A DNA stretch of 64,000 nt from a virus (IMGVR_UViG_3300049455_000007:261-64260), one strand, 5' to 3'. Shown: positions 54,040 through 62,576, numbered from the stretch's first letter. A program made the numbers and translations. Notes: generated from the sequence alone by a model not told the origin.

Positions 54040-54281
54040 AACGCCGCTCCGTTCAGGGCTTCTGCCAGTCCCAGCGCAGTGATGCCCGGAAGGTCCATGT
54101 GCTCACTGCCCTTGGCCTTGAAGTGCACGCGCACACCGACCACCTGCTCCTTGCCAGCGAACACCGGATGCACGTCCTTGGAGGAGTCGTAGGGGACGGC
54201 GTGGGATATGTCGTCGACGGCGAGCACGACGGGTCCGGTGCTCGTCTGGATCAGCGCGAACTGGGGATGGTGGTGGGTCAT
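54036..54281 (-). CDS. hypothetical protein
   Basis: MTHHHPQFALIQTSTG..., RBS GAGAGGA. Confidence 0.6.
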   Translation of the reverse strand: MTHHHPQFALIQTSTGPVVLAVDDISHAVPYDSSKDVHPVFAGKEQVVGVRVHFKAKGSEHMDLPGITALGLAEALNGAAF

Positions 54282-54586
54282 CCGTTTCCTCTCTTTTGGT
54301 CGGTGATGTCCCGACGGTGGGTGGCATGGGCACTGCACAGGTAGCGTTCCAAGCCCTGATAGATGCGGATGTGGGTGGCGCTGGCGACGACAGCAGACCC
54401 CTCGTAGGCGCAGTCGTGGCAGACGATGCTTCTGGCTCCCCGGTATCTGCGGTACTTGATTTTGTGCGCGTCGTCGTCCTCGTCCTTCTTGGACTTCTCC
54501 CGGACGTGCTTCGTCGGGACTTCCTCCAAGCCGGGGAGGGGCGTGTCCTGCCACTCAGGTGCTGGTTTCTTGGGGAGCAGGCTCAC
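54278..54586 (-). CDS. Cys-containing hypothetical protein
   Basis: CHDC...CSAH; GTGA overlap. Confidence 0.55.
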   Translation of the reverse strand: MSLLPKKPAPEWQDTPLPGLEEVPTKHVREKSKKDEDDDAHKIKYRRYRGARSIVCHDCAYEGSAVVASATHIRIYQGLERYLCSAHATHRRDITDQKRGNG

Positions 54587-54828
54587 AGCCACAGCCAGTC
54601 GACCCGCACCCAATTGATCTGGTTCGGCTGGAGCATCAGGAGGTGGGCGTAGCCCTGCGCCTTGCCAGCCGCCTCGGCGAGCAGGGCCTGCTCATGGCCC
54701 ATCACGTTAGCCTCCCGGGCTTTCTGCCACTCCGCGCTGGTGATGGCGTACTGCCGCGTGTACTCCGGCTGCGCCTTCCCGGGGATGATACCCGCTGTAA
54801 CTTCGAGTAGTGCTCGTGCTTCCTGCAT
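54583..54828 (-). CDS. hypothetical protein
   Basis: MQEARALLEV..., RBS AGGAG. Confidence 0.6.
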   Translation of the reverse strand: MQEARALLEVTAGIIPGKAQPEYTRQYAITSAEWQKAREANVMGHEQALLAEAAGKAQGYAHLLMLQPNQINWVRVDWLWL

Positions 54829-54836
54829 GGCGTCTC

Positions 54837-55892
54837 CTATTTCCTTGCGCCCGGCACCTTGGTGATGCCGAGCTTCTTGTACCCACTGCGGGTGCGGGCT
54901 TTCATTTCCACCGCGCCGACCTCGGTCCACCGGATGTTGTATGTCCCAGTCGAACCCGTCACGCCGTCGAGGGTCCGCTTATACGCGGCCTCTTTCTTCT
55001 TGGCCTGCGCCTTCAGTTCTTTGACTTCCTCCCACATCTCCACAGCGGCGATGATATTCGGATCTTCCAGCAGACCTTCGACATCGGTATCGTGACCCCG
55101 GCATGCGGTGGCGTACTCGCAGTACGACCAGCACCATTCGCGCGGCATGTCCCGGGATGCGTCCTCGTTGTGCATCACCGCGTACTTGACGTCGTTAACC
55201 CACTCGTCGATGAACGTGATGACATCCTCGGTGTAGAGGTGCATCACACCGTGCGGGATCACGTCCTTGCCGGAACGGTCGAAGTACACATCGCCTACGA
55301 TGATCGGATGGCTCGGGTCCAGCAGCCCTGCCTCGATAGCCGCCTTCGCGTAGGCGTGCACTTGGTAGATTTGCTGCTGGCTCGGGCCGGTCTTCTTTAT
55401 GGTTTCCAATTCAGCCTTGGACTTGCCGTCGAGAACGCCCTGATAGAACCCTGCCTCGGGGTCCTGCACATCGAACGGGATGACGATGTCCGGGTGGGCA
55501 CCCGTTCCGCCGCCGGACGGGAGCGGGAACCACAGGTCCTCTTGGAACAGCCAGCCCGGGTGGTCGATCAGCAACTGCGCTTCGATGGCGGCACCGGCCA
55601 CGGTCCCGAAGAACGCTGCGGTCTTGTCCCGCTTGTCGGAGAACGGGGTCTGCTTCATCATCAGCGCCGCGTAGTTCCGGCAATGGCCCAAATTGGAAAC
55701 ACCCAGCATGAAGTCCTGTTGCTGCTGGGACCGGGCGGTGCTGTTGCTGGCATGTTGAATCGCATCGTGAAACGCCATAGCTGCGGCCTCACCTACCTTT
55801 TTCAGGTCGATGCCAGCGTGCTCCTCGTTGTGCATGAGCACGTCGAGGACGGCGTCGTTCAGGTCCGCTGCCTGCTCATCTTCGTCGACCAT
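54837..55892 (-). CDS. Cas4/RecB-family PD-(D/E)XK exonuclease
   Basis: SNLGHC, HPD, DGK, QxxxY, C-terminal CWSYCEYATAC. Confidence 0.8.
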   Translation of the reverse strand: MVDEDEQAADLNDAVLDVLMHNEEHAGIDLKKVGEAAAMAFHDAIQHASNSTARSQQQQDFMLGVSNLGHCRNYAALMMKQTPFSDKRDKTAAFFGTVAGAAIEAQLLIDHPGWLFQEDLWFPLPSGGGTGAHPDIVIPFDVQDPEAGFYQGVLDGKSKAELETIKKTGPSQQQIYQVHAYAKAAIEAGLLDPSHPIIVGDVYFDRSGKDVIPHGVMHLYTEDVITFIDEWVNDVKYAVMHNEDASRDMPREWCWSYCEYATACRGHDTDVEGLLEDPNIIAAVEMWEEVKELKAQAKKKEAAYKRTLDGVTGSTGTYNIRWTEVGAVEMKARTRSGYKKLGITKVPGARK

Positions 55893-55962
55893 GGTGGTCC
55901 TTTCGGAAATGCCACAGGGGACAGGCAGCTTGGGGTTTACCTGTCCCCTGTGGGGAATGCGG

Positions 55963-55980
55963 GAGACGGTCGACCGTCTG
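55963..55980. promoter_or_regulatory. 18-bp palindrome family copy 21
   Basis: GAGACGGTCGACCGTCTG abutting Rad52-like stop codon. Confidence 0.8.
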
Positions 55981-56652
55981 CTAGTTCACTGCCTGCTCGG
56001 CCTTCATCTGGAGCGCCCGGTTCAGCAGGGCTTGGTTCGCGTCCCGCTGTTCTGGGGTCACGTTGTACTCAGCCTCGTCGACGATGATGTCCTTCGGCTG
56101 CTCCTCCTTGGCCTGATCCTCCGCCCGCTGCTCCGGGTTGGGCCGGGGCCACAACTGGTCCGGCGCGAACACGCGCTGGACGATGTCGGTCGTGCGTCCG
56201 GCGTTATACAACGAGAGTCCGTACTGCGTGCCGAGGAAGATGGCCGCGCGCTTCAAGGCATCGGACTCGGCGGACTTGATCGCCATGTCCATCGACTCGG
56301 TGATGTCCGGCTGGGATGATCCTGCGATCGCGGCCTCGGTGTAGACGGCACCGGTCTGGTGGATGGTCAGACGTACGACCGCCTTGGCCGTGACCTTCTG
56401 GTTCATCTTGTTGCCGCTGCGCTGTGCGACCTCGCGCACGTCGAGGATTTCGGATTCCAGCAGTTCGGAGGAGAACCCGCCGAAGCCGAACACCTTGATG
56501 AGGGACGCCTTTACGTCCCACGCTTCGAGGTAGGACATGTTGTCCCGCTTGGATACGCGGGCCGGGTTGAGCGGGGACATTAGGGCCAGTTGCTGGTGCC
56601 ACGTCAGCGGGCTAAGTCTGGGGTTGGTCTGCAGTTCAGCGTCGGTAGTCAT
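55981..56652 (-). CDS. Rad52/Rad22-family single-strand annealing protein
   Basis: SYLEAWDV...VFGFGGFS, KSAESDALKRAA..LGTQYGLSLY. Confidence 0.85.
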   Translation of the reverse strand: MTTDAELQTNPRLSPLTWHQQLALMSPLNPARVSKRDNMSYLEAWDVKASLIKVFGFGGFSSELLESEILDVREVAQRSGNKMNQKVTAKAVVRLTIHQTGAVYTEAAIAGSSQPDITESMDMAIKSAESDALKRAAIFLGTQYGLSLYNAGRTTDIVQRVFAPDQLWPRPNPEQRAEDQAKEEQPKDIIVDEAEYNVTPEQRDANQALLNRALQMKAEQAVN

Positions 56653-56658
56653 GTTTCT

Positions 56659-56687
56659 ATTTTATCCCATATCTTCCCAAGTGTCAT
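56659..56687 (-). promoter_or_regulatory. promoter, probably leaderless, for Rad52-like gene
   Basis: ATGACA-17 bp-TAAAAT, ATG 6 nt after the -10, no SD. Confidence 0.6.
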
Positions 56688-56754
56688 ACTCTATCCACAC
56701 TCTGGACAGGTGCCCGGGGCCGGGTGGAACCATCGTCCACCCGACCCCTGACAT

Positions 56755-56961
56755 TCAGCGCCGGGCTTCTGCGCTCTGCTTTTTCCCTGCTACGCCGTCA
56801 AAGAAACGGTCCCGCCTGAACGACTGCCACTCACCCTCGATCACCGTGACGGTGCCTGCCACCATCTTTGACCAGAGTTCATACTCCGGGGTGTCCGGCT
56901 CGGGCCGGAGCTTGCTGTACCGATCGGCAAGGCTGGTGAAAAATCTGCGCGGCATTGTCAT
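56755..56961 (-). CDS. hypothetical protein
   Basis: MTMPRRFF..., ATGA overlap. Confidence 0.55.
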   Translation of the reverse strand: MTMPRRFFTSLADRYSKLRPEPDTPEYELWSKMVAGTVTVIEGEWQSFRRDRFFDGVAGKKQSAEARR

Positions 56962-57191
56962 GCGATCTGTGGTCCCTTCATGCTTCCTCCTACTGTCATT
57001 CCTATCCATGTCACACCCATAGCGGCCAGAGCGGTGACGCCAATGGCATCAGAGAATGCCCACTGAATAGCCTCCGCTAAGTCCATGTCCCCGACAATTC
57101 CATACGGATAACACTGCATTCCGACGGCAATAACGGATGCAATATCCACCCATTCAGGAATGTTTACCTCGATACTTAGGCCCAGTCCCAT
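56958..57191 (-). CDS. hypothetical protein (AT-richer)
   Basis: 77-aa ORF with atypical base composition. Confidence 0.45.
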   Translation of the reverse strand: MGLGLSIEVNIPEWVDIASVIAVGMQCYPYGIVGDMDLAEAIQWAFSDAIGVTALAAMGVTWIGMTVGGSMKGPQIA

Positions 57192-57206
57192 CGAGTGTTC
57201 CCCTCA

Positions 57207-57518
57207 TCATTCATTTATGAAGTGGATACCCCCGTCATTATCGAAGAGCACCAGTCCCATAAAGGTCTGAATCGGAACGGTCGACGGCTCATCCACGCTG
57301 ATCCCCACAATGTAACCCCGATCACGTGCGCTGTCAGGATGGGAGTGTGCCCACTCGTGACATGTGCGGCATAGGCCAACGAGATTGCCCTCGGCATGTC
57401 CGCCTTCGCGTCGCCGCTGTCGGTGGTGAATCTGGTAGCCGCGCCCACCACAGCGGGCGCACTGCCTGTTCTGTCGCTCCCAAACCTTGTCCCGTGCACT
57501 GGTTGGGATGGCGCTCAC
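57207..57518 (-). CDS. HNH endonuclease
   Basis: CARC...HHR...NLVGLCRTCHEWAH. Confidence 0.85.
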   Translation of the reverse strand: MSAIPTSARDKVWERQNRQCARCGGRGYQIHHRQRRREGGHAEGNLVGLCRTCHEWAHSHPDSARDRGYIVGISVDEPSTVPIQTFMGLVLFDNDGGIHFINE

Positions 57519-57949
57519 CGACGCACCACCCACGGTGTCTCTACCCGGCGACTCGTCCTGACGGTAGCCAGCCCGAGGATGCGCCGCCGCGTGTAGACGG
57601 AGTCGAGTGACCGCCCCAGCGCCACGGCGATCTGTTCGTAGCTCTGGCCGGTGATGTTCTCGCGCAGGTACTTGTCCTCCTCGGCGGACCAGCGCCGGTA
57701 CTTACTGGTCTGCAACTCCTCCGGCGGTCTGGCAGACGGTCGACCGATGCCCCGCTCCTCACGGTCGCGCTTCTTCTGCCTGTTCACGCAGTCGTGGCAC
57801 GCCTTGCGCCGCGCCCCGACGCCTGAGATAACCGGGAAGCTGTCGCCGTCCGCCAGTTGCCCGCACCGTAGGCAGGTGCGGGCAACCAGCGTGCGCTGGC
57901 CGACGGAGAACGGACTGTAGGGTCCGCGGCTCGGCAGAGCATCCTTCAT
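57515..57949 (-). CDS. zinc-ribbon + Myb/SANT-like HTH protein
   Basis: CLRC...CHDC then RWSAEEDKYLREN...SYEQIAVALGRSLDSVYTRRRILGL. Confidence 0.75.
   Translation of the reverse strand: MKDALPSRGPYSPFSVGQRTLVARTCLRCGQLADGDSFPVISGVGARRKACHDCVNRQKKRDREERGIGRPSARPPEELQTSKYRRWSAEEDKYLRENITGQSYEQIAVALGRSLDSVYTRRRILGLATVRTSRRVETPWVVRR
57733..57750. promoter_or_regulatory. 18-bp palindrome family copy 22
   Basis: CAGACGGTCGACCGATGC inside Myb-like gene linker. Confidence 0.65.
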
Positions 57950-57955
57950 GTCGCC

Positions 57956-58165
57956 TCACTCAAAGCGGTCCTTCGTGTCCTCCTCAGTGGTGCCGTGCAC
58001 CTCGGCCTCGGCGTCCTCAGAGTCCTCGGCCTCCAAGTACACGGCGAACAGCCCGCCGTCGGTAACATCAAACCCGCCGGTCACGTTGTGCTCCCCCTCG
58101 ATGACGCCGATGACGTGTCGCTTGCCCGCGCTGTCCCAGAATCCGACCACCGTAAATCCAGTCAT
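57956..58165 (-). CDS. small acidic hypothetical protein
   Basis: RBS GGAGG. Confidence 0.6.
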   Translation of the reverse strand: MTGFTVVGFWDSAGKRHVIGVIEGEHNVTGGFDVTDGGLFAVYLEAEDSEDAEAEVHGTTEEDTKDRFE

Positions 58166-58416
58166 TGCCCCGCCTCCGGAATGGTGATGATGTACGACGG
58201 CAGGTCATCCGGCCTGAACATCAGGGGCGGGGACAGTTCCAGTCCCTGCCTCACGATCCACGCCTCGAACGCCTTGAACACTTCCTCCGTGAGGATTACC
58301 TGCACGGTGGACAGGTCACTACCTGCATAGACGATCGGGTACTTGGTTTCGTCCTCATCACCCAGTGGTAGGCCAGCCTGCACGCGGTTCTCGCGCCGTT
58401 GCTTATCGGTCGTCAT
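58162..58416 (-). CDS. hypothetical protein
   Basis: RBS GGAGG, ATGA overlap. Confidence 0.6.
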   Translation of the reverse strand: MTTDKQRRENRVQAGLPLGDEDETKYPIVYAGSDLSTVQVILTEEVFKAFEAWIVRQGLELSPPLMFRPDDLPSYIITIPEAGQ

Positions 58417-58868
58417 GGCAATGCCTCCAGAATCCTTCGGATGGTCGGGTACATGTCCTCGTCCACACCCAAGTCGGACAGGATCGCCAGCACCTGATCT
58501 TTGGTCAGGTAACGCGGGTGTGGCCGGGCCAGCCGGGGACGGTATGGTGATTCCTCCCGGTCCTCGACGTAGCCCTTCAGCACATAGACCTGCTGGCCGC
58601 TTCGCCGCTCCTGCAACCGGGCAACACGATCGGCCCGGTGCAGGTGCGTAAGGGCGGAAGAGGCCGGGCCGTGGCCCAACGACAGGTGGTCCTCCACTTC
58701 CTTCACGGTCATGCCCGCCGTGGTGTGCGTGGCAAGGAGGGCGAACACCTGCGCCTGTCGCTTGCCCGTGATTCCCATACTGTCCTCACGCTCGGCCCGC
58801 TCCCGGGATGTCTCCGAGCCTGACCAGCCGCTTCCCTTGCTCCCGTACGGGATGATGCCTTCAGTCAT
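58413..58868 (-). CDS. winged-helix DNA-binding protein
   Basis: RQAQVFALL...GMTVKEVEDHLSLGHGPASSALTHL. Confidence 0.65.
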   Translation of the reverse strand: MTEGIIPYGSKGSGWSGSETSRERAEREDSMGITGKRQAQVFALLATHTTAGMTVKEVEDHLSLGHGPASSALTHLHRADRVARLQERRSGQQVYVLKGYVEDREESPYRPRLARPHPRYLTKDQVLAILSDLGVDEDMYPTIRRILEALP

Positions 58869-59394
58869 TTGCTACTTTCCGCAGGTGTCCCTGCTCGTCG
58901 TACTCGTACACGCGGCTATGGCGAACCGAGCACTTGAACAGCACGCCCTTGCCCCACGGGATCATGCGGTAGTCGCGGGTAATGCCGATGATCCATTGCG
59001 CTGGCTTCTCCTCGACCGCACCCTCGGACTTCCAACTGCCGTCGGGCATCTTCTCGTCGGGTGCCCGGCGGTGGACCTTGCGGTTCAGGTGCGGGCAGTA
59101 AAGCATTGCCGCCTCCGCACACTCCACATGGAACGGCGGGTCGGTGTACGCCCCGTTGCCAGCGGAGATTGGCCCGCCCACAAAGGCGATCCAGTAGTCC
59201 AAGTCCTTCCCGCAGATACCGCACAGCCGGGCCATGCCGCACCGGATTACCGTCTCGTTGTTGACCACCATGAAGTTCGGCTCGCCGTCCGGCTTCAGGT
59301 TCATGATGGGGATGGGGACCTTGCGCCGGTAGTCCAGATTCAGGTCCTTCATCCTCTCGGGGATGGCATCGGTCCAGTCCCAGTTCTCACTCAC
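58861..59394 (-). CDS. Cys-rich hypothetical protein
   Basis: RLCGICG...PPFHVECAEAAMLYCPHL. Confidence 0.7.
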   Translation of the reverse strand: MSENWDWTDAIPERMKDLNLDYRRKVPIPIMNLKPDGEPNFMVVNNETVIRCGMARLCGICGKDLDYWIAFVGGPISAGNGAYTDPPFHVECAEAAMLYCPHLNRKVHRRAPDEKMPDGSWKSEGAVEEKPAQWIIGITRDYRMIPWGKGVLFKCSVRHSRVYEYDEQGHLRKVAND

Positions 59395-59630
59395 TGCAGC
59401 CCCAGCCTTTCCTGAATGGCGTCTACTTGGATGTCAGTGCCCGCCGCCTGCAAGAGCGCTTCGAGCGCAATCATGTTGGCGGTGCGCAACTCGTACGCCA
59501 CGGCCATCCTGCTCTGGGATTCAAGGATGAGGCCCAGCCCGTCGCGCTGGTATAGCTCCCGCTTGCCGATCAGTTCCCTGATGTTCTGGACGCCATTGTT
59601 CACAGCCTCCGCATAGGGGTTGCCCTTCAT
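59391..59630 (-). CDS. hypothetical protein
   Basis: MKGNPYAEAV..., RBS AAGGAG. Confidence 0.6.
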   Translation of the reverse strand: MKGNPYAEAVNNGVQNIRELIGKRELYQRDGLGLILESQSRMAVAYELRTANMIALEALLQAAGTDIQVDAIQERLGLQ

Positions 59631-59743
59631 TCGGTGTTCTCCTTCTCGCGTTGTGACTGTGCCAGCAAGGCGTCGTAATCCCCGCCCATTCGTATGACCC
59701 AGTCCCGCAGGGCCATCCTCCACGTGCGCATTTCCTCAGTCAT
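59627..59743 (-). CDS. small hypothetical protein (38 aa)
   Basis: Manual ORF MTEEMRTWRMALRDW... Confidence 0.45.
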   Translation of the reverse strand: MTEEMRTWRMALRDWVIRMGGDYDALLAQSQREKENTE

Positions 59744-60170
59744 CAGTGACATCCACTTCCGCCGTGACGATTTCAATGTGCGTGTGCCACGTGAACGGGA
59801 ACTCCATCACCCATCCCGGGGCGTCCATGGAGTTGCCGTCCTCGTCGGCGTCACCGACCACAACGTAGTCACCAATCAGGGGCACGGTGAAGTCGGTGAG
59901 TTGCATCCCTTCGAGGGTGGCGTACAACTGCATGGCCCGCAGGTTGATGATGTCCGGGAGGTTTTCGCTGTCGAGGCGGAACAGGCCCTCGTCGTCGTAG
60001 AAGAATGAGAGGTGCTTGTCCCCGTCGCCGACGGTGGACATGGAGAACATGCCGCCGTTGCGGTTGCCGCCGAACACCAGCGCTGTCATCGACTTGTAGT
60101 CGTTGTTGGCATGGTCGGCCCAGCGCAGCGGCTGGGTCTTGTCCGACGGGATGATGATTGCCTTGGACAT
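59736..60170 (-). CDS. DUF3846-like protein
   Basis: MSKAIIIP...YDDEGL...NLRA...LIGDYVVVG. Confidence 0.6.
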   Translation of the reverse strand: MSKAIIIPSDKTQPLRWADHANNDYKSMTALVFGGNRNGGMFSMSTVGDGDKHLSFFYDDEGLFRLDSENLPDIINLRAMQLYATLEGMQLTDFTVPLIGDYVVVGDADEDGNSMDAPGWVMEFPFTWHTHIEIVTAEVDVTDD

Positions 60171-60188
60171 TTCGATTCCTTTCGATGG

Positions 60189-60206
60189 CAGACGGTCGAC
60201 CGTCTG
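60189..60206. promoter_or_regulatory. 18-bp palindrome family copy 23
   Basis: Perfect copy, intergenic after helicase. Confidence 0.85.
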
Positions 60207-60221
60207 CCGGGTTGGTAGCTC

Positions 60222-61457
60222 TTAGTTGTAGCGGGCGTGGTGGTCCTGCCGCTCTTGGCTGATGACGGCTCTCGCTCGCGGGCTGATGGTGTCACCGCTC
60301 CACGGGAGTATCCCGCCGCGCCATAGTTCACGCGGCCACTCCCTGCCCGTCTCACGGTCCCCACGCCACCTTTGGATATTGGTGAGTTGGGGATTCTCGG
60401 AGTCGGGGTACATCCCGAACCCGAACTCGGGCCAGCCGAGCAGTGCAGCCGAACCACGCGGGGACATGTCCCGCTGTCCGTTGGCTCCGGTGCCCTTCGG
60501 CGAGTGACCCTCCATGATGAGCGCCAGCCCACGATCACGTAGGGAGTCCAGCGCCGTGATGACCGGCGCGGCTTCCTGATCGTTGTTGATCCCGGTGGAC
60601 ACCATCTTGTAGATCGGCCCGATGGCCAGTACCTGCGGCTCGTGCTCGTCCACGAGCCGGTGAATCTCTCCCAGTGTTGCGTCCCTCGTTATGTCGATCC
60701 TTCCTTTTGCGTGGATGTGAATCCTTGGGGCGGGGTTGTTGCCCCCCATGCGGTGGATGTTGTGCACCATACCCCGGGTGTGTGACCGCCACTGCGCCTC
60801 GGTGTTCTCCGCGTCCACCACCAGCACGGTGAGCGGTTCGTCCAGCATGTTCAGCGTGGTGGGGTGGATACCCGCCGCCATGCAGATGACCAACTGCCGG
60901 ACCCACGTCGTCTTTCCCCCACCCTCGAAGCCGGTGATGATGAGCCTGTCACCGCGTTCGAGCAGGTCCGGGATCAGCCAGTCGTGGTCCTCCGCCACGG
61001 CAAGGATTTCTTCCAGCGTCTTTGTCGTCATCCGGTTCTTGCCGGTGGAGTGCAGGTCCTTGATGGCCTCGGCCACCATCTGGATCGCCTGCGACGGCGC
61101 GATCGTTTCATCCCTCGCCGCGCTCATAAGCTTCGTGGCGATGGACTCCATGCGACGGCGGGTTGCCACCTTCTTCACCTGCTCGGCGTAGAAGGTGATC
61201 GACGCCGCCGACATCGTCTCCTGCTGCATGCGGTACAGGTCAACGAGTTGGAGTCCCCGGTGCCCGGACTCCGATGCCTTGGCATGCACGGACATCGGTT
61301 CGACCGGCTCCCCATCGTTGATGAGTTGCATGATGGCCCGGAAGTAAGCGGTGTGTGACGAAAGCTCGAAGTCCTCCGGCTCGATCATGTCCGCCGCGAA
61401 GCGGGCACTCGCCGGTTCGAGCAGGCAGGCACCGATCACTGATTCCTCGGGTGTCAT
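60222..61457 (-). CDS. DnaB-like replicative helicase
   Basis: DnaB N-terminal domain (EESVIGACLL), Walker A GFEGGGKT, VVDAEN, GWPEFG. Confidence 0.85.
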   Translation of the reverse strand: MTPEESVIGACLLEPASARFAADMIEPEDFELSSHTAYFRAIMQLINDGEPVEPMSVHAKASESGHRGLQLVDLYRMQQETMSAASITFYAEQVKKVATRRRMESIATKLMSAARDETIAPSQAIQMVAEAIKDLHSTGKNRMTTKTLEEILAVAEDHDWLIPDLLERGDRLIITGFEGGGKTTWVRQLVICMAAGIHPTTLNMLDEPLTVLVVDAENTEAQWRSHTRGMVHNIHRMGGNNPAPRIHIHAKGRIDITRDATLGEIHRLVDEHEPQVLAIGPIYKMVSTGINNDQEAAPVITALDSLRDRGLALIMEGHSPKGTGANGQRDMSPRGSAALLGWPEFGFGMYPDSENPQLTNIQRWRGDRETGREWPRELWRGGILPWSGDTISPRARAVISQERQDHHARYN

Positions 61458-62278
61458 CGACGGTTCTCCGGTATCCATGAGTGCATCGGGTGGACGATCG
61501 ACTGGTTAGAGGGCTTCCAGCCCCTGCGTTCCGCATCCGTCTGCGCCCGGCGCATCCAGTTCCGCCATGTGGTTTCCCAATTCTTCTTCTTGCCCCCCTC
61601 CCCATGCCAGTAGTCCACGAACGCATCCGTCTCACGCTTGGCATTGATGGCGGGAGCGTGCTCTTTGGCCCACGCCTCCCGCTCGGGAGACAGTCCGAAC
61701 TCAGCCGGGACGGCATGCGCAGCCGCTGCCTTCGGGGCCTTCGATGGAGCGGCGCTACTAATGGATGGTTCATGGATGGTTAAAGGACGGTTTGTAGGAC
61801 ATCCGTGTCCGGCCTGAATGTCTCCAGTGTCCGGCCTAGATGTCTCAGATGTCCGCCCGGACACGGGTGACCGGTCACCCGTGTCCGCCCTGCCCCCCAG
61901 TTCTGGCCGGACACTGGTGTCCGGGCGGACATCCTGTCCCCCCAAGATTGGCTCCAAGATTTCCTGTCCGATGTGCTCGTCCGGGGTGGCCTCGACATCC
62001 AAGCACAGGTCCCAAACGATGGGCCTGCGGTTGGTCGGGATGTGCGCGACCATCTGCTGGTCACCGCGTTTGATGAGGCCCGCCGCCTCCAGTACGGCGA
62101 GCTTCCTGCGTACTGTTCGGGACGAGGTCCGTGCGTACGTTGCGAGCGTGTTCTGTGCGGCATACGCCACCGTGCCATCCTCGTGCGCATGATCGGCAAG
62201 GCCGACGAGGATAAGGGCTTCCACCGGGTCTGAGACGGGGGCCTTCTTCAAGGCCCAAACCATGGCTTCTATACTCAC
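61454..62278 (-). CDS. replication initiator (N-terminal HTH, lambda O-like architecture)
   Basis: LILVGLADHA...QNTLATYARTSSRTVRRKLAVLEAAGLIKR; central repeats; C-terminal WETTWRNW; upstream of helicase. Confidence 0.8.
   Translation of the reverse strand: MSIEAMVWALKKAPVSDPVEALILVGLADHAHEDGTVAYAAQNTLATYARTSSRTVRRKLAVLEAAGLIKRGDQQMVAHIPTNRRPIVWDLCLDVEATPDEHIGQEILEPILGGQDVRPDTSVRPELGGRADTGDRSPVSGRTSETSRPDTGDIQAGHGCPTNRPLTIHEPSISSAAPSKAPKAAAAHAVPAEFGLSPEREAWAKEHAPAINAKRETDAFVDYWHGEGGKKKNWETTWRNWMRRAQTDAERRGWKPSNQSIVHPMHSWIPENRR
61805..61925. repeat. iteron-like direct and inverted repeats (candidate origin)
   Basis: GTGTCCGGCCT at 61805 and 61827; perfect 30-bp palindrome 61858-61887; CCGGACAC-T-GGTGTCCGG. 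Confidence 0.65.
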
Positions 62279-62397
62279 TGCTGCTACTTGTCCCCTTAGT
62301 TGGTTGTGCGGTTGCTTCGTTGCACCGGTACCATAGGAGATACCCCCCCCTATGGGTCCTACCGGTTGAGTCACATCCGCACGGTTTGGTTGAAATC

Positions 62398-62434
62398 AAA
62401 AGCGCCCCTGCCGTCCAAAGCTGGGGGCGCTTTT
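62398..62434. terminator. bidirectional-type intrinsic terminator
   Basis: AAAAGCGCCCC/GGGGCGCTTTT. Confidence 0.75.
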
Positions 62435-62537
62435 TCATTTGGTTCCGATAGCCTATCGCAAGCGTTATGCCGCGCTTCTTGGTATGCTGGAGGTTCGGTT
62501 TACATTCAGAGGTTGGTAGCCAAAGGTTGTACCGAAC

Positions 62538-62576
62538 GACGAAGCCCCCGCCACTAAAACCGCCGGGGGCTTCGTC
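62538..62576 (-). terminator. 13-bp stem hairpin after 62587..62862
   Basis: GACGAAGCCCCCG/CGGGGGCTTCGTC. Confidence 0.65.

Noticed and set aside
54837-55892. Cas4-like gene as evidence of a CRISPR-Cas system
   Set aside because: It lies beside the Rad52-like annealase, the usual exonuclease/annealase recombination pair of phages; no cas1/cas2.
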